64,000 nucleotides of DNA, from contig DAOOQQ010000008.1 of assembly GCA_035388825.1 (NCBI GenBank), positions 14,410 through 78,409 on the forward strand, read 5' to 3'. The notes under the pieces were generated by a model. That model saw only the letters and a program-made list of their open reading frames with translations, did no database searches and was not told the origin of the DNA. The position numbers and the translations under genes are program-made. Shown one piece after another: positions 1 through 8,737 of this stretch (position 1 is its first letter; each line of letters starts with the position of its first letter). Source of the stretch: Candidatus Ozemobacteraceae bacterium. Its GTDB lineage: Bacteria; Muiribacteriota; Ozemobacteria; Ozemobacterales; Ozemobacteraceae.

Positions 1-1289
1 TCGACCTCGCGTCGGCCGTAGTAATTCTGCGTCAGGAACAGGGCGAGCGTCGCCAGGCTCCGCGCGTTGGTCTTCAGATCGAGTCCGCGATGGATGATGG
101 AACGCCACGAGTAGAAGCGTCGCCGCCAGTCGCGGCAGGCCTCGGCCAATCCTTCCGGGGAGAAACCGGTCGGAACGAAGGGCACCTGGCCGAACCGGAA
201 GGCCGGGTCGAGCCACCATGCAGGTGAGGTCAGGCGGCCCTCGCCCTGCAGTTTCGCGTAGAGCGGAGTGCCGGGGAACGGCACCAGGTGATTGAACGCC
301 GCCAGGAAGAACCGATGCTTCTGGATGAACCGGAACGTCGGCGGGAAGGACCGTACATCGTCGCCGTCGATGCCGAACAGAAATGTTGCATAGATGCAGA
401 TATTGTTTTCGCGAAGCAGCGCGAGCGCCCGCTCGTATCCTTCGATGGAAACGTTGCACTGCTTGTTCAGACGCTGCATGAGATCGGGCCGGAGCGACTC
501 GAAGCCGATCAGGACACCGATGCAGCCCGACTCGGCCATGGCGCGCACCAGTTTCGGGTTGGCGGCGGCGTTGACGCTGATCTGGCTCACCCACTGGATC
601 CCGAGCGGCTTCAGCGCCTTGCACAGGTCGAAGGCAGCCTGGATATTGGCTGCGATATTATCATCGATGAGAAAGACGATCTTCTGCCCGCTCCGCCGGA
701 TATCCTCGACCACGTCGGCGGGCGGCCGGAAGTAATGCCTGGCTCCGGTGAAGGCGGTGATGGAGCAGAAGGTGCACCCGAAGCGGCAGCCGCGCGAAAA
801 CTCGACCAGGGCGAGCGGCAGATAGCCCTTGTGGGCGTAGACCTCCCGCCGCGGGTACAGGCCGTTCCAGGAAAAATCGAACGTTCCGTCATACCGCCGC
901 CCGAGCCGGCCGGCCCGGAAATCCTCGAGGACGCGCTCCCAAACACCCTCGGCGGGCCCCGTCACCACGGCGTCGGCGTGTTCCAGCACCTCGTCGGTCC
1001 AGAGGGTGGCGTGGTATCCGCCCATGACGACCTTCACCCCGCGCCGTCGGTACTCGGCCGCGATCTGGTAGGCGCGCCGCGCCGTGTAGGTCTCGACCGT
1101 GATGCCCACGAGATCGGCGGGGCGGCTCGTGTCGACGGGCTCCACCCGGTCGTCCTGGACCGAGATCTCCCAGTCGCGCGGCGTGAGAGCCGCCAGCACC
1201 GCCAGCACCAGCGGCTCCATCTGCCAGGTGGCGATGTACCGCTGGTCGGGCTTGCGCCCGATCGAGGGCATGATCAGGGTCAGCTTCAT
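1..1289 (-). CDS. B12-binding radical SAM protein (paralog 1; C-terminus runs off window start)
   Basis: Reverse-strand translation from ATG (rc of cat 1287-1289) gives MKLTLIMPSIGRKPDQRYIATWQMEPLVLAVL... with radical-SAM motif RGCRFGCTFCS (CxxxCxxC). It is a paralog of the three other rSAM ORFs in this window. Its start overlaps the stop of the upstream gene in an ATGA arrangement. The + strand ORF 288..1370 is the antisense artefact. Confidence 0.8.
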   Translation of the reverse strand, partial: MKLTLIMPSIGRKPDQRYIATWQMEPLVLAVLAALTPRDWEISVQDDRVEPVDTSRPADLVGITVETYTARRAYQIAAEYRRRGVKVVMGGYHATLWTDEVLEHADAVVTGPAEGVWERVLEDFRAGRLGRRYDGTFDFSWNGLYPRREVYAHKGYLPLALVEFSRGCRFGCTFCSITAFTGARHYFRPPADVVEDIRRSGQKIVFLIDDNIAANIQAAFDLCKALKPLGIQWVSQISVNAAANPKLVRAMAESGCIGVLIGFESLRPDLMQRLNKQCNVSIEGYERALALLRENNICIYATFLFGIDGDDVRSFPPTFRFIQKHRFFLAAFNHLVPFPGTPLYAKLQGEGRLTSPAWWLDPAFRFGQVPFVPTGFSPEGLAEACRDWRRRFYSWRSIIHRGLDLKTNARSLATLALFLTQNYYGRREV

Positions 1290-2626
1290 GCTCTGGGAAT
1301 GCCCTCCTGGACGTCATCGAACAGGACGCGGTCCGACATGCTGCGCAGCCGTTGGGCATACGAGCGGTAGCCGAGATTGAACGCGATGGCATACCCGGTG
1401 GATGTCCGCGAGCCGAGCAGACGCCGGGCGATCGACGGAAGCCGGTACGCGTGTTCCCAGGCCCAGTGCAGGCCTTCCCGGATCTGCTCTACGCTCATCC
1501 CCTTGGGCTGGACGACGATGTGCTCGACGTCGTAGAGGGTCCAGTCCCGCGTCAGGATGCGGTCTTCGGCATCGAGCTTGCGGTAGGCAGCGGTGTTGGG
1601 GAACGGCGTGTAGGTCGAGAAGCGCGGCAGATCGATGTGCGCGCGGTCGCAGAAGTCGACCGTCCGCCGGAAGATGTCGGGCTTGTCGTCGTCGAGGCCG
1701 AACACGAAACAGGCCTGAACGCCCATGCCGTGATCGTGCATGCGCTTGACGAGGTCGATGTAGAAGTCGACCGAGTTGTGATCCTTGCCGATCGAGCCGA
1801 TCGACATCTGGTTGATCGACTCGAAGCCGATCAGCAGCCCCTTGCAGCCGCTGTCCCCGACGATGCGCAGAAGCTCGGGGTCTTTGCCGATCTTGGTGGT
1901 CGAGAGGCCGAACCACTTCTTCTTCAGCGTGCCGATCGCCCGGAAAAGCTGCTTGGCGTGGTCGGGGTCTTCCATCGGGCTCGGGTCGACCAGGACGAAC
2001 TCGTTGCCCGGCATATCGGCGATCTCGGCGACCACCTCGTCGATCGGCCGCTTGTAGAAGTTGTTTCCCCACGTGGCCGGGATCGAGCAGAAGTCGCACT
2101 CGTTCAGGCAACCGCGCGTCGCCCAGATGGTATTCGTGGTGATATACCCTTCCTTCCGCAACAGGTCGCGCCGGGGTCGGACATACTTCACCAGCGACGG
2201 GCTCTGGAAATCCGTGTACCGCTTCTGCATCGCCCCCTGCTTGAAATCGCGGAGGAGCTGGGGCCAGCTCCGCTCCCCGAACCCGACCACGACGCAGTCG
2301 GCGTGCTGCTGGGCTTCGTCCGGGCAGAGGGTCGCATGAACCCCGCCGATGACGACGGGAATGCCGCGGCGCCGGAAGTGATCGGCGATCGCGTAGCCGC
2401 GCATGCAGGTTCCCGTCAGGATCGTCATGGCCACCAGGTCGGGCCGCGACTCGAAATCGACGAGCTGGACGCCTTCATCCGCCAGTTCGATCTCGACGTC
2501 GAGGTCCTGGGGAACGAGCGCCGCCAGCGTCGTGAGCGTGAGCGGGGCGTACCGAAGCGACTTGGGGAACGAGCCCACGCGGAACCGGTGGATGGTGCCG
2601 CTGGGCTGGATCAGGAGCAGTTTCAT
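1286..2626 (-). CDS. B12-binding radical SAM protein (paralog 2)
   Basis: 446 aa. N-terminal Rossmann-like B12-binding region (MKLLLIQPSG...VVIGGVHAT), CxxxCxxC motif RGCLNECDFCS, and a C-terminal region typical of ~450-aa class-B rSAMs. Sits 20 bp downstream of the secreted-protein gene on the same strand. Confidence 0.9.
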   Translation of the reverse strand: MKLLLIQPSGTIHRFRVGSFPKSLRYAPLTLTTLAALVPQDLDVEIELADEGVQLVDFESRPDLVAMTILTGTCMRGYAIADHFRRRGIPVVIGGVHATLCPDEAQQHADCVVVGFGERSWPQLLRDFKQGAMQKRYTDFQSPSLVKYVRPRRDLLRKEGYITTNTIWATRGCLNECDFCSIPATWGNNFYKRPIDEVVAEIADMPGNEFVLVDPSPMEDPDHAKQLFRAIGTLKKKWFGLSTTKIGKDPELLRIVGDSGCKGLLIGFESINQMSIGSIGKDHNSVDFYIDLVKRMHDHGMGVQACFVFGLDDDKPDIFRRTVDFCDRAHIDLPRFSTYTPFPNTAAYRKLDAEDRILTRDWTLYDVEHIVVQPKGMSVEQIREGLHWAWEHAYRLPSIARRLLGSRTSTGYAIAFNLGYRSYAQRLRSMSDRVLFDDVQEGIPRA

Positions 2627-2646
2627 GCGGATCTCCGTATCGGGAC

Positions 2647-4008
2647 TCAGAGCGCGTTCTTGCCGCGCCCGCTGAAGATGTAGACCATTTTTCCGGCGGA
2701 ATCGCGCTCGCAGGCGAGGTTCTCGAGCACCGGCGTGAAGGGAAAGCCCTTGCGGAGGTTCTCCGACGCGCGCCGCAGGAAGAAGTTGATGCCCTGCTCG
2801 CCGACGAACTTGGACAGGTCGGAGGCGATGCCGTCGTCGACCACCAGCAGCACATCACGGAAGCTGACGTGGCCGTCCTTCGGGGTCAGCACGCCCATGG
2901 CCTTCACCGACACGAGGCCGGTGACGTCGGTGCCCTGCAGGTAGACGAGGTTGCGCGAGCCGGTGTTCTTGAACTCGATGGTCTTGTCGGCGACGGCCGT
3001 CTTGGCGTTGAGCACGCCGACTTCGTCGTTGCCTTCGATCTCCTTGAGGATGGTGGAGATGCCGTCGGCCTTCGCGAAGGTCATCTTCCAGGTCTGGCCG
3101 GGCGCCATCGTGCCCATTTCGTAGGCGGCGCTGCCGGATTTGGGCATGACGTTGAGCTGCTCCTCGTCCTGGACGCAGCGATACCGCTTGAAATGCGCGT
3201 CACCGAGCACGTCGTCGACGGCGGTGGCCTCGGAGTTGTCGAGCGCCGCGAGCGTCACGTCGGCGAAATCGAGTTCACCCTCGAGAACCGAGAAGCCGTT
3301 CGGGGCGACGAAGCCCTGCACGAACACATGGATGTCGCACAGGTCGTCTCTCTTGAGGGTGATCTTGACGCTCATTTTGCCGGGTTCGGGAATGATGGTC
3401 TTGAGCTTGGCCAGCAGGTTGCTTTCGCGGCCGGCGGAGAGCTTCGCGGGCTGGCCGTCCTCGGCCATGACGTCGACGGTGATGCTTTTCCCGGCCCCGG
3501 TGCGGAGGATGCCGGCATGAGCCTTCTTGATCTTGTCCTGCAGGCGTTTGCGCCGGTCTTCGAGCTTGCCGCGGTCGACGGTGTCCTCGTCGGGCTGGTT
3601 GGGATCGAGATACCGTTCGATGCCGGCCACCATCTCGTCGATTTCATTCTTCAGATCGGGATCGGTGATCTCCTGCTGGGCTTTGGTGAACTGGAGGCGT
3701 TTGTGGGTCTTCTCGAGCAGCACTTCGAACATTTTCCGGGCGGAGGCGCGGGCCTTGAACTGCCGGGCTGCCGCAACGACCTCCTTGAAGGGCGTCAGAT
3801 CGTGATCTTTCTCGATTTTTTCCCGCAGATGCTCGTCGATGCTCTTGACCTTCTCCAGGAACGCTTCGTCCTGCACACCCTTGGAACTCTGGCTGTAAGC
3901 CGTGATCATTTCGGCGATCATGTCTTTGACATCCTCGGCGGATGCCGGAGCCGTGAAGGTCATGGAGAAAACGAACAGGCCGGCCAGTACGAACAAACGA
4001 TTGCGCAT
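2647..4008 (-). CDS. secreted hypothetical protein (signal peptide; no recognisable domain)
   Basis: 453 aa. N-terminal signal peptide MRNRLFVLAGLFVFSMTFTAPASA. K/E/D-rich, with locally lower GC (~58%) than its neighbours. First gene of the minus-strand operon that continues into two rSAM genes. Confidence 0.65.
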   Translation of the reverse strand: MRNRLFVLAGLFVFSMTFTAPASAEDVKDMIAEMITAYSQSSKGVQDEAFLEKVKSIDEHLREKIEKDHDLTPFKEVVAAARQFKARASARKMFEVLLEKTHKRLQFTKAQQEITDPDLKNEIDEMVAGIERYLDPNQPDEDTVDRGKLEDRRKRLQDKIKKAHAGILRTGAGKSITVDVMAEDGQPAKLSAGRESNLLAKLKTIIPEPGKMSVKITLKRDDLCDIHVFVQGFVAPNGFSVLEGELDFADVTLAALDNSEATAVDDVLGDAHFKRYRCVQDEEQLNVMPKSGSAAYEMGTMAPGQTWKMTFAKADGISTILKEIEGNDEVGVLNAKTAVADKTIEFKNTGSRNLVYLQGTDVTGLVSVKAMGVLTPKDGHVSFRDVLLVVDDGIASDLSKFVGEQGINFFLRRASENLRKGFPFTPVLENLACERDSAGKMVYIFSGRGKNAL

Positions 4009-4168
4009 ATCCTCTCCCTCTCCCGATAGATTCTGGTTTCAGGGCTTTTCAGCCTAGCATGGCCTCTCGAAGCTGAGCAACAGCGTGAAGCGTAATTTCG
4101 CTTTCCGAGGGCAACGCCATGCTGTATTCTCAGAAGACTTTCCACGAATCCCCCCGTACAGGAATCTT

Positions 4169-5521
4169 GTGAACATCGCTCTTGTCAAGCCCGCGCTCGG
4201 CGAACGCCGGGGTCGTCCCTACCGGACTCCGGCCGTTCTCGAGCCTCTCGTGTTCGGCCTGATCGCCGGAGCGACCCCGCCGGACGTCGAACTGCGGCTG
4301 ATCGACGAACGATTGGAGGACGTGCCGTTCGGGGAACCGTTCGACCTGGTCGCGATCACCGTCGAAACGTTCACGGCGCGCCGTTCCTACCAGATCGCCC
4401 AGGAGTTCCGCCGGCGGGGCGTCAAGGTGCTTCTTGGGGGCTTTCACCCCACCCTGGTACCCGAAGAATCCTGCCGATATGCGGATTCCATCGCGATCGG
4501 CGAGGTCGAGGCGGTCTGGCCCCGCGTGATGGCCGATCTGGCGCAAAACCGCCTGAAATCGCGGTATCAGCCTGAATCAACCGACGTTTCCGGGCCTTTT
4601 CGGATCGCCCGGAGCATCTTCCGGGAAAAATCCTATCTCCCGCTGGCGCTCGTGGAAACGAGCCGCGGATGCGCCTTCGACTGCGATTTCTGTTCCGTTC
4701 GCCGGTTCTACGGGAACGACGTGCGCTTTCGCCCGATCCCCGAACTGGTCGATGAGCTGGAACGCATGCAGCGACGGTTCGTCTTCTTCGCGGATGACAA
4801 CATCGCCGCTTCCCCGGCGCATGCGCGCCGTCTGTTTCAAGGTATACGTCCCCTGGGGCTGCGCTGGGTCAGCCAGACCAGCCTTTCTTCGGCGGCCGAA
4901 CCGGGGTTTCTCGACGAGATGGCGGCCAGTGGTTGTTTCGCCGTCATCATCGGGATCGAGTCGCTGTCCCCGGCGAACCTCCGGCGCATGAACAAGGACT
5001 GGAGCCTGGCCCTGGGCCGCCTGGAAAAGCTTCTGGACGAGTACCGGGCGCGGGGGATTCTCGTCTATGCGACGTTCGTTTTCGGCTACGACGACGACAC
5101 GCCCGCATCGATGCGTGAAACCGTCGAGTTCGCCCTGGACCGGCGGCTGTTTCTCGCCAACTTCAACATGCTGTATCCCTTCCCCGGAACCCGCGTCTAC
5201 GACAGCCTGCTCCGGCAGGGCCGCCTGCTTCACCCTCGCTGGTGGCTGACCCCCGGGTTCCGCTGGGAACGCCCTGCCTTCATTCCCCGGGGCATGTCCG
5301 TGGACGAGCTGGCAGCCGGGATCGCCGAGGCCCGGCGTCGGTTCCATAGTCTGGGAAGTATAATGCGCCGGAGCTGCGATCTGCAGGCGAACCTGGCAGA
5401 CCCTTTCCGGGCGCTGATATACCTGGCCGGAAACCTCGTTTCCCGCCTCGATATCCGCGGGAAAACGGGCCTCCGGCTGGGATTTTCCTCGCCCGATCTC
5501 CTCGAAGGAAATACGCCATGA
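4169..5521 (+). CDS. B12-binding radical SAM protein (paralog 3)
   Basis: The track ORF starts at 4085, but GTG 4169 follows an AGGAA Shine-Dalgarno and gives MNIALVKPALGE, matching the paralog N-termini. Motif RGCAFDCDFCS. The stop overlaps the next gene's ATG (ATGA at 5518-5521). Confidence 0.85.
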   Translation: MNIALVKPALGERRGRPYRTPAVLEPLVFGLIAGATPPDVELRLIDERLEDVPFGEPFDLVAITVETFTARRSYQIAQEFRRRGVKVLLGGFHPTLVPEESCRYADSIAIGEVEAVWPRVMADLAQNRLKSRYQPESTDVSGPFRIARSIFREKSYLPLALVETSRGCAFDCDFCSVRRFYGNDVRFRPIPELVDELERMQRRFVFFADDNIAASPAHARRLFQGIRPLGLRWVSQTSLSSAAEPGFLDEMAASGCFAVIIGIESLSPANLRRMNKDWSLALGRLEKLLDEYRARGILVYATFVFGYDDDTPASMRETVEFALDRRLFLANFNMLYPFPGTRVYDSLLRQGRLLHPRWWLTPGFRWERPAFIPRGMSVDELAAGIAEARRRFHSLGSIMRRSCDLQANLADPFRALIYLAGNLVSRLDIRGKTGLRLGFSSPDLLEGNTP

Positions 5522-6864
5522 AGGTCACGTTCATCAAGCCGAACATGGGACTGGTGCGCGGCAGGCCGTATCACGACCGCGGGCGGATGGAGCCGCTGAC
5601 CTTCGGGGTGCTGGCCGGGCAGCTGCCTGCCGACGTCGAGTGCGTCCTCTATGATGACCGGTTCGAGAAGATTCCCTACGAGGAGCCCACCGACCTGGTC
5701 TGCCTGAACGTCGAGATCTACACGGCCCGCCGCTCGTACGAAATCGCCGCGCGGTTCCGGGCGCGCGGCGTGCGCGTGGTCATGGGTGGCTTCCACGTTT
5801 CGATGATTCCCGGGGAGGCGGCTGCCCATGCCGATGCGATCATGATCGGCGATGCCGAGGGGGTCTTCCCGCACCTCGTGGCCGATGCCGCTGCCGGCCG
5901 GTTGAAGCCGGTCTACCAGGGATTCTTCCCTCCGAAGCTGGAAGGGCTCAGGACGCGCTGGGACCTGTTCGCGGGAAAGAGCTACCTGCCTCTTCGGCTG
6001 ACCCAGTTCAGCCGCGGCTGTCTCAACCACTGCCGGTTCTGCGCCACCGGCACGCTGTACAAGCGCTCTCACTGCCATCGCCCCCCGGCCGAGGTGGCCG
6101 CCGAGCTGGCCGAACAGCCCAACCCCTTCCTGTTTTTCGTCGATGATAATATCATTGGCGATATAGATGCTGCGAAGGAGCTGTTCCGCCTGCTGATTCC
6201 CCTCCGGCGCCGGTGGGTCGGGCAGGCAAGCCTGAACTTCACCGAGGATCCCGAGCTGATGGACCTGATGAAACGGAGCGGCTGTGCCGGTCTGGTGGTC
6301 GGATTCGAGTCCGTGAGCCCCGAAAACCTTCACCTGATGGGGAAAAACTGCAATCTTCAGCTCGAGGGATACGAGCCGGCGATCCAGAAGATCAGGGAGA
6401 TCGGATTCCAGCTCTGGGCCGCGTTTCTGATCGGCTACGACCATGACGACCCGGCCTCGATCCGCCGGACCGTCCAGTGGGCCATCGACCAGAAGTTCTG
6501 CTTCGCCGCCTTCAACATCCTCAGCCCGTATCCGGGAACGCCGCTCTACGAGGAGATGCAGGCCCAGGGACGGCTTCTGTACGACAAATGGTGGCTCGAC
6601 GACCGGTATCATTTCGGGGACTGCGTCTTCCGGCCTGCCCGGATGACTCCCGATGAGCTGACCGAGGCCTGCTTCTGGATGCGGCGGCGGTTCAACAACC
6701 CGTTCACGATCCTGCGCCGGGCTTTCGACTTCAAGACCAACATGAAGGATCTCTGGAGCGTGATCACCTACTTTTCCTACAACCCGCTCTTCCGACGGGA
6801 ACTCTTCAAAAAGCACGGCATGGTGCTGGGCTACCGCCACAAAGCCGGAATGAACCCCGGCTGA
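5518..6864 (+). CDS. B12-binding radical SAM protein (paralog 4)
   Basis: 448 aa, MKVTFIKPNMGL..., motif RGCLNHCRFCA. Translationally coupled to paralog 3. Confidence 0.9.
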   Translation: MKVTFIKPNMGLVRGRPYHDRGRMEPLTFGVLAGQLPADVECVLYDDRFEKIPYEEPTDLVCLNVEIYTARRSYEIAARFRARGVRVVMGGFHVSMIPGEAAAHADAIMIGDAEGVFPHLVADAAAGRLKPVYQGFFPPKLEGLRTRWDLFAGKSYLPLRLTQFSRGCLNHCRFCATGTLYKRSHCHRPPAEVAAELAEQPNPFLFFVDDNIIGDIDAAKELFRLLIPLRRRWVGQASLNFTEDPELMDLMKRSGCAGLVVGFESVSPENLHLMGKNCNLQLEGYEPAIQKIREIGFQLWAAFLIGYDHDDPASIRRTVQWAIDQKFCFAAFNILSPYPGTPLYEEMQAQGRLLYDKWWLDDRYHFGDCVFRPARMTPDELTEACFWMRRRFNNPFTILRRAFDFKTNMKDLWSVITYFSYNPLFRRELFKKHGMVLGYRHKAGMNPG

Positions 6865-6920
6865 ACGCAGACCACCCCGGCCTGTTGGGGCCGGGGCGGT
6901 CGGGAAATGAACCGGAACGA

Positions 6921-8444
6921 TCAGATCAGGGGGCGCAGCCAGTTCAGCTTCATCAGGAGCTTGAGCCGGTCGAGCACCTTCGGATCCGAGTGGCTTTCGG
7001 GGCCGAACAGGGTCTTGACCGAACCGTCAGCCTGGACTTCGATCTGATACTGGTGCGAGTTGCGCATGTCTTCCTCGATGCGCTTGGCGACCTGGGTCGC
7101 GAAGGGCTTCGACTTGATGACGGCGACTTCCTCGGAGTTGATCTGCTCGCTTACATAGTCCATGTTATACGTGCCGACGACGGCGACGGACCGGTCGAAC
7201 ACGAACACCTTCGAGTGCAGCTTGTTTTGCAGCTTGTAGGCGAAGATCTGGACGTTCGGCATCTTCTTGAGGATCTGGCGCCAGTCGCCCAGGAACATCG
7301 CCTGGGTGAGCAGGCTGTCGGAGCTCATCGGGGAGTTGGTCTGGATGATGATCTTCACGCCGCGGTCGTTGGCGCGCTGGAGGGCGGACTCGGCCTCGGG
7401 GGTCAGAACGACGTAGGGATTCTGAATGATGATCTCGCTCTTCGCCGAATCCATCAGCGAGGTCAGGTTGAAGGTGATCTCGTTCTTGAAACCGGTGCGG
7501 GAGTGTTTGTCGAGCAGCCGAACGGGCCAGGCATGCTCGCCCTGGAACAGCCGGAACGACGAATACCCGACCAGATGCGGATACTGCTTCAGCTCGGCGT
7601 TGCAGGCGCCGACGAGCGAGCGGGTCTCGGAGGAGAACTTTTCGGGATTCTTCAGCTCGAAGAAGCCGCCGCCGAGCATGAACCGGCGCATGGCCTGGTA
7701 GGCGATGTCGAGGTGGCGGTGCATGTCGTCGACGTTTCCGAGGGCGTCGCCGGCGATGGCGAAGTTGCTGCCGCCCTTGAACTCGGATTCAAAGGCTTCC
7801 CGAGCCTGCTTCGAGACGAGTTTGCTGCGGATGACGACGTCGGTGTCGCGATACACGGTCGGAACGTCGCGCGGATCGACGAAGTAGTTCATCGAGATGT
7901 TGCGGCCGCCGGTGACCAGATACTCTCCGTCCACGAGCAGGATCTTGTCGTGGTTGCTCGCCGTGATCTTGCGGATATCCTCGAACGCGGCCAGCAGCTT
8001 CGAGCTGACCGGGTTGTAGACGCGGATCTGCACATTCTTGAACTTGCCCAGCTCCTGGAGGATGTCCTGACCGAAGAATTTGCGGGCCAGCCCCTTGGTG
8101 CCGCGGGCATCGACCATGAGGCGGATCTCGATGCCTTCACGGGCTTTCTTGAGCAGCATGCCGAGCATGCTCTTGCCGAAGATGTCGGGCTCGACGATGA
8201 AATACGTCGTGTCGATCGAGTCGCGGGCATTTTCCATCAGATACCAGCGGGCATACCAGGCCGTGACGTTCTCGGGCAGGAAGCGCACCAGCGCCTTCTG
8301 GTCGAACTCGGCCGTCATCTTGTCGAAACACTCCTCGACGCTCGCGGCAGGAGCGGCAACGGGCTTCGCGGCCTGCGCCTGGCTGACCAGGGCGACCAGA
8401 AGGGCAACAAGCAGAAGGGCGAACAGACGGGGATGTTTCTTCAT
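6921..8444 (-). CDS. phospholipase D / cardiolipin-synthase-like family protein (two HKD motifs), exported
   Basis: HKD motifs NHDKILLVDGEY and HSKVFVFDR. Start chosen at MKKHPRLFALLLVALLVALVSQA (signal peptide), preceded by GGAGG 9 nt upstream. The track ORF extends to 8516. Local GC is lower (~58%). Confidence 0.8.
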   Translation of the reverse strand: MKKHPRLFALLLVALLVALVSQAQAAKPVAAPAASVEECFDKMTAEFDQKALVRFLPENVTAWYARWYLMENARDSIDTTYFIVEPDIFGKSMLGMLLKKAREGIEIRLMVDARGTKGLARKFFGQDILQELGKFKNVQIRVYNPVSSKLLAAFEDIRKITASNHDKILLVDGEYLVTGGRNISMNYFVDPRDVPTVYRDTDVVIRSKLVSKQAREAFESEFKGGSNFAIAGDALGNVDDMHRHLDIAYQAMRRFMLGGGFFELKNPEKFSSETRSLVGACNAELKQYPHLVGYSSFRLFQGEHAWPVRLLDKHSRTGFKNEITFNLTSLMDSAKSEIIIQNPYVVLTPEAESALQRANDRGVKIIIQTNSPMSSDSLLTQAMFLGDWRQILKKMPNVQIFAYKLQNKLHSKVFVFDRSVAVVGTYNMDYVSEQINSEEVAVIKSKPFATQVAKRIEEDMRNSHQYQIEVQADGSVKTLFGPESHSDPKVLDRLKLLMKLNWLRPLI

Positions 8445-8665
8445 GAAATCAACCTCCGGTTGAATTACGGTCATGCTCTTCGAACAGGATTTTTCAATTT
8501 TACCATGCCGACCCACCCCTCCTGTAAACGGGAAAACCGGGTGTACCGAGGCCGAAGGCGTGGCGCGGGAAGAAATTCACCCGTCGCGGCTGTTCCCAGA
8601 AAGCACATTTTTCAAAATTGAGCGGGCAATTTTCATACATTTTCTGCAAAATCCACCTTTTGAGC

Positions 8666-8699
8666 TTGACGAATCTTGATCCGAGCGTAGAATCGGATC
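8666..8699 (+). promoter_or_regulatory. putative sigma70 promoter of glnN (TTGACG-16-TAGAAT) with 7-bp inverted repeat GATCCGA/TCGGATC bracketing the -10
   Basis: TTGACG at 8666-8671 and TAGAAT at 8688-8693, ~45 nt upstream of the glnN ATG. Inverted repeat at 8678-8684 and 8693-8699. Read directly from the sequence. Confidence 0.35.
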
Positions 8700-8737
8700 A
8701 TCGATCCGCTCCACATCCCGCACCTCAGGAGATTCCC

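Noticed and set aside
288-1370. 360-aa + strand ORF at the window start
   Set aside because: The minus strand over the same region encodes a full B12-rSAM paralog with the CxxxCxxC motif and an ATGA-coupled start. The + ORF is antisense noise.
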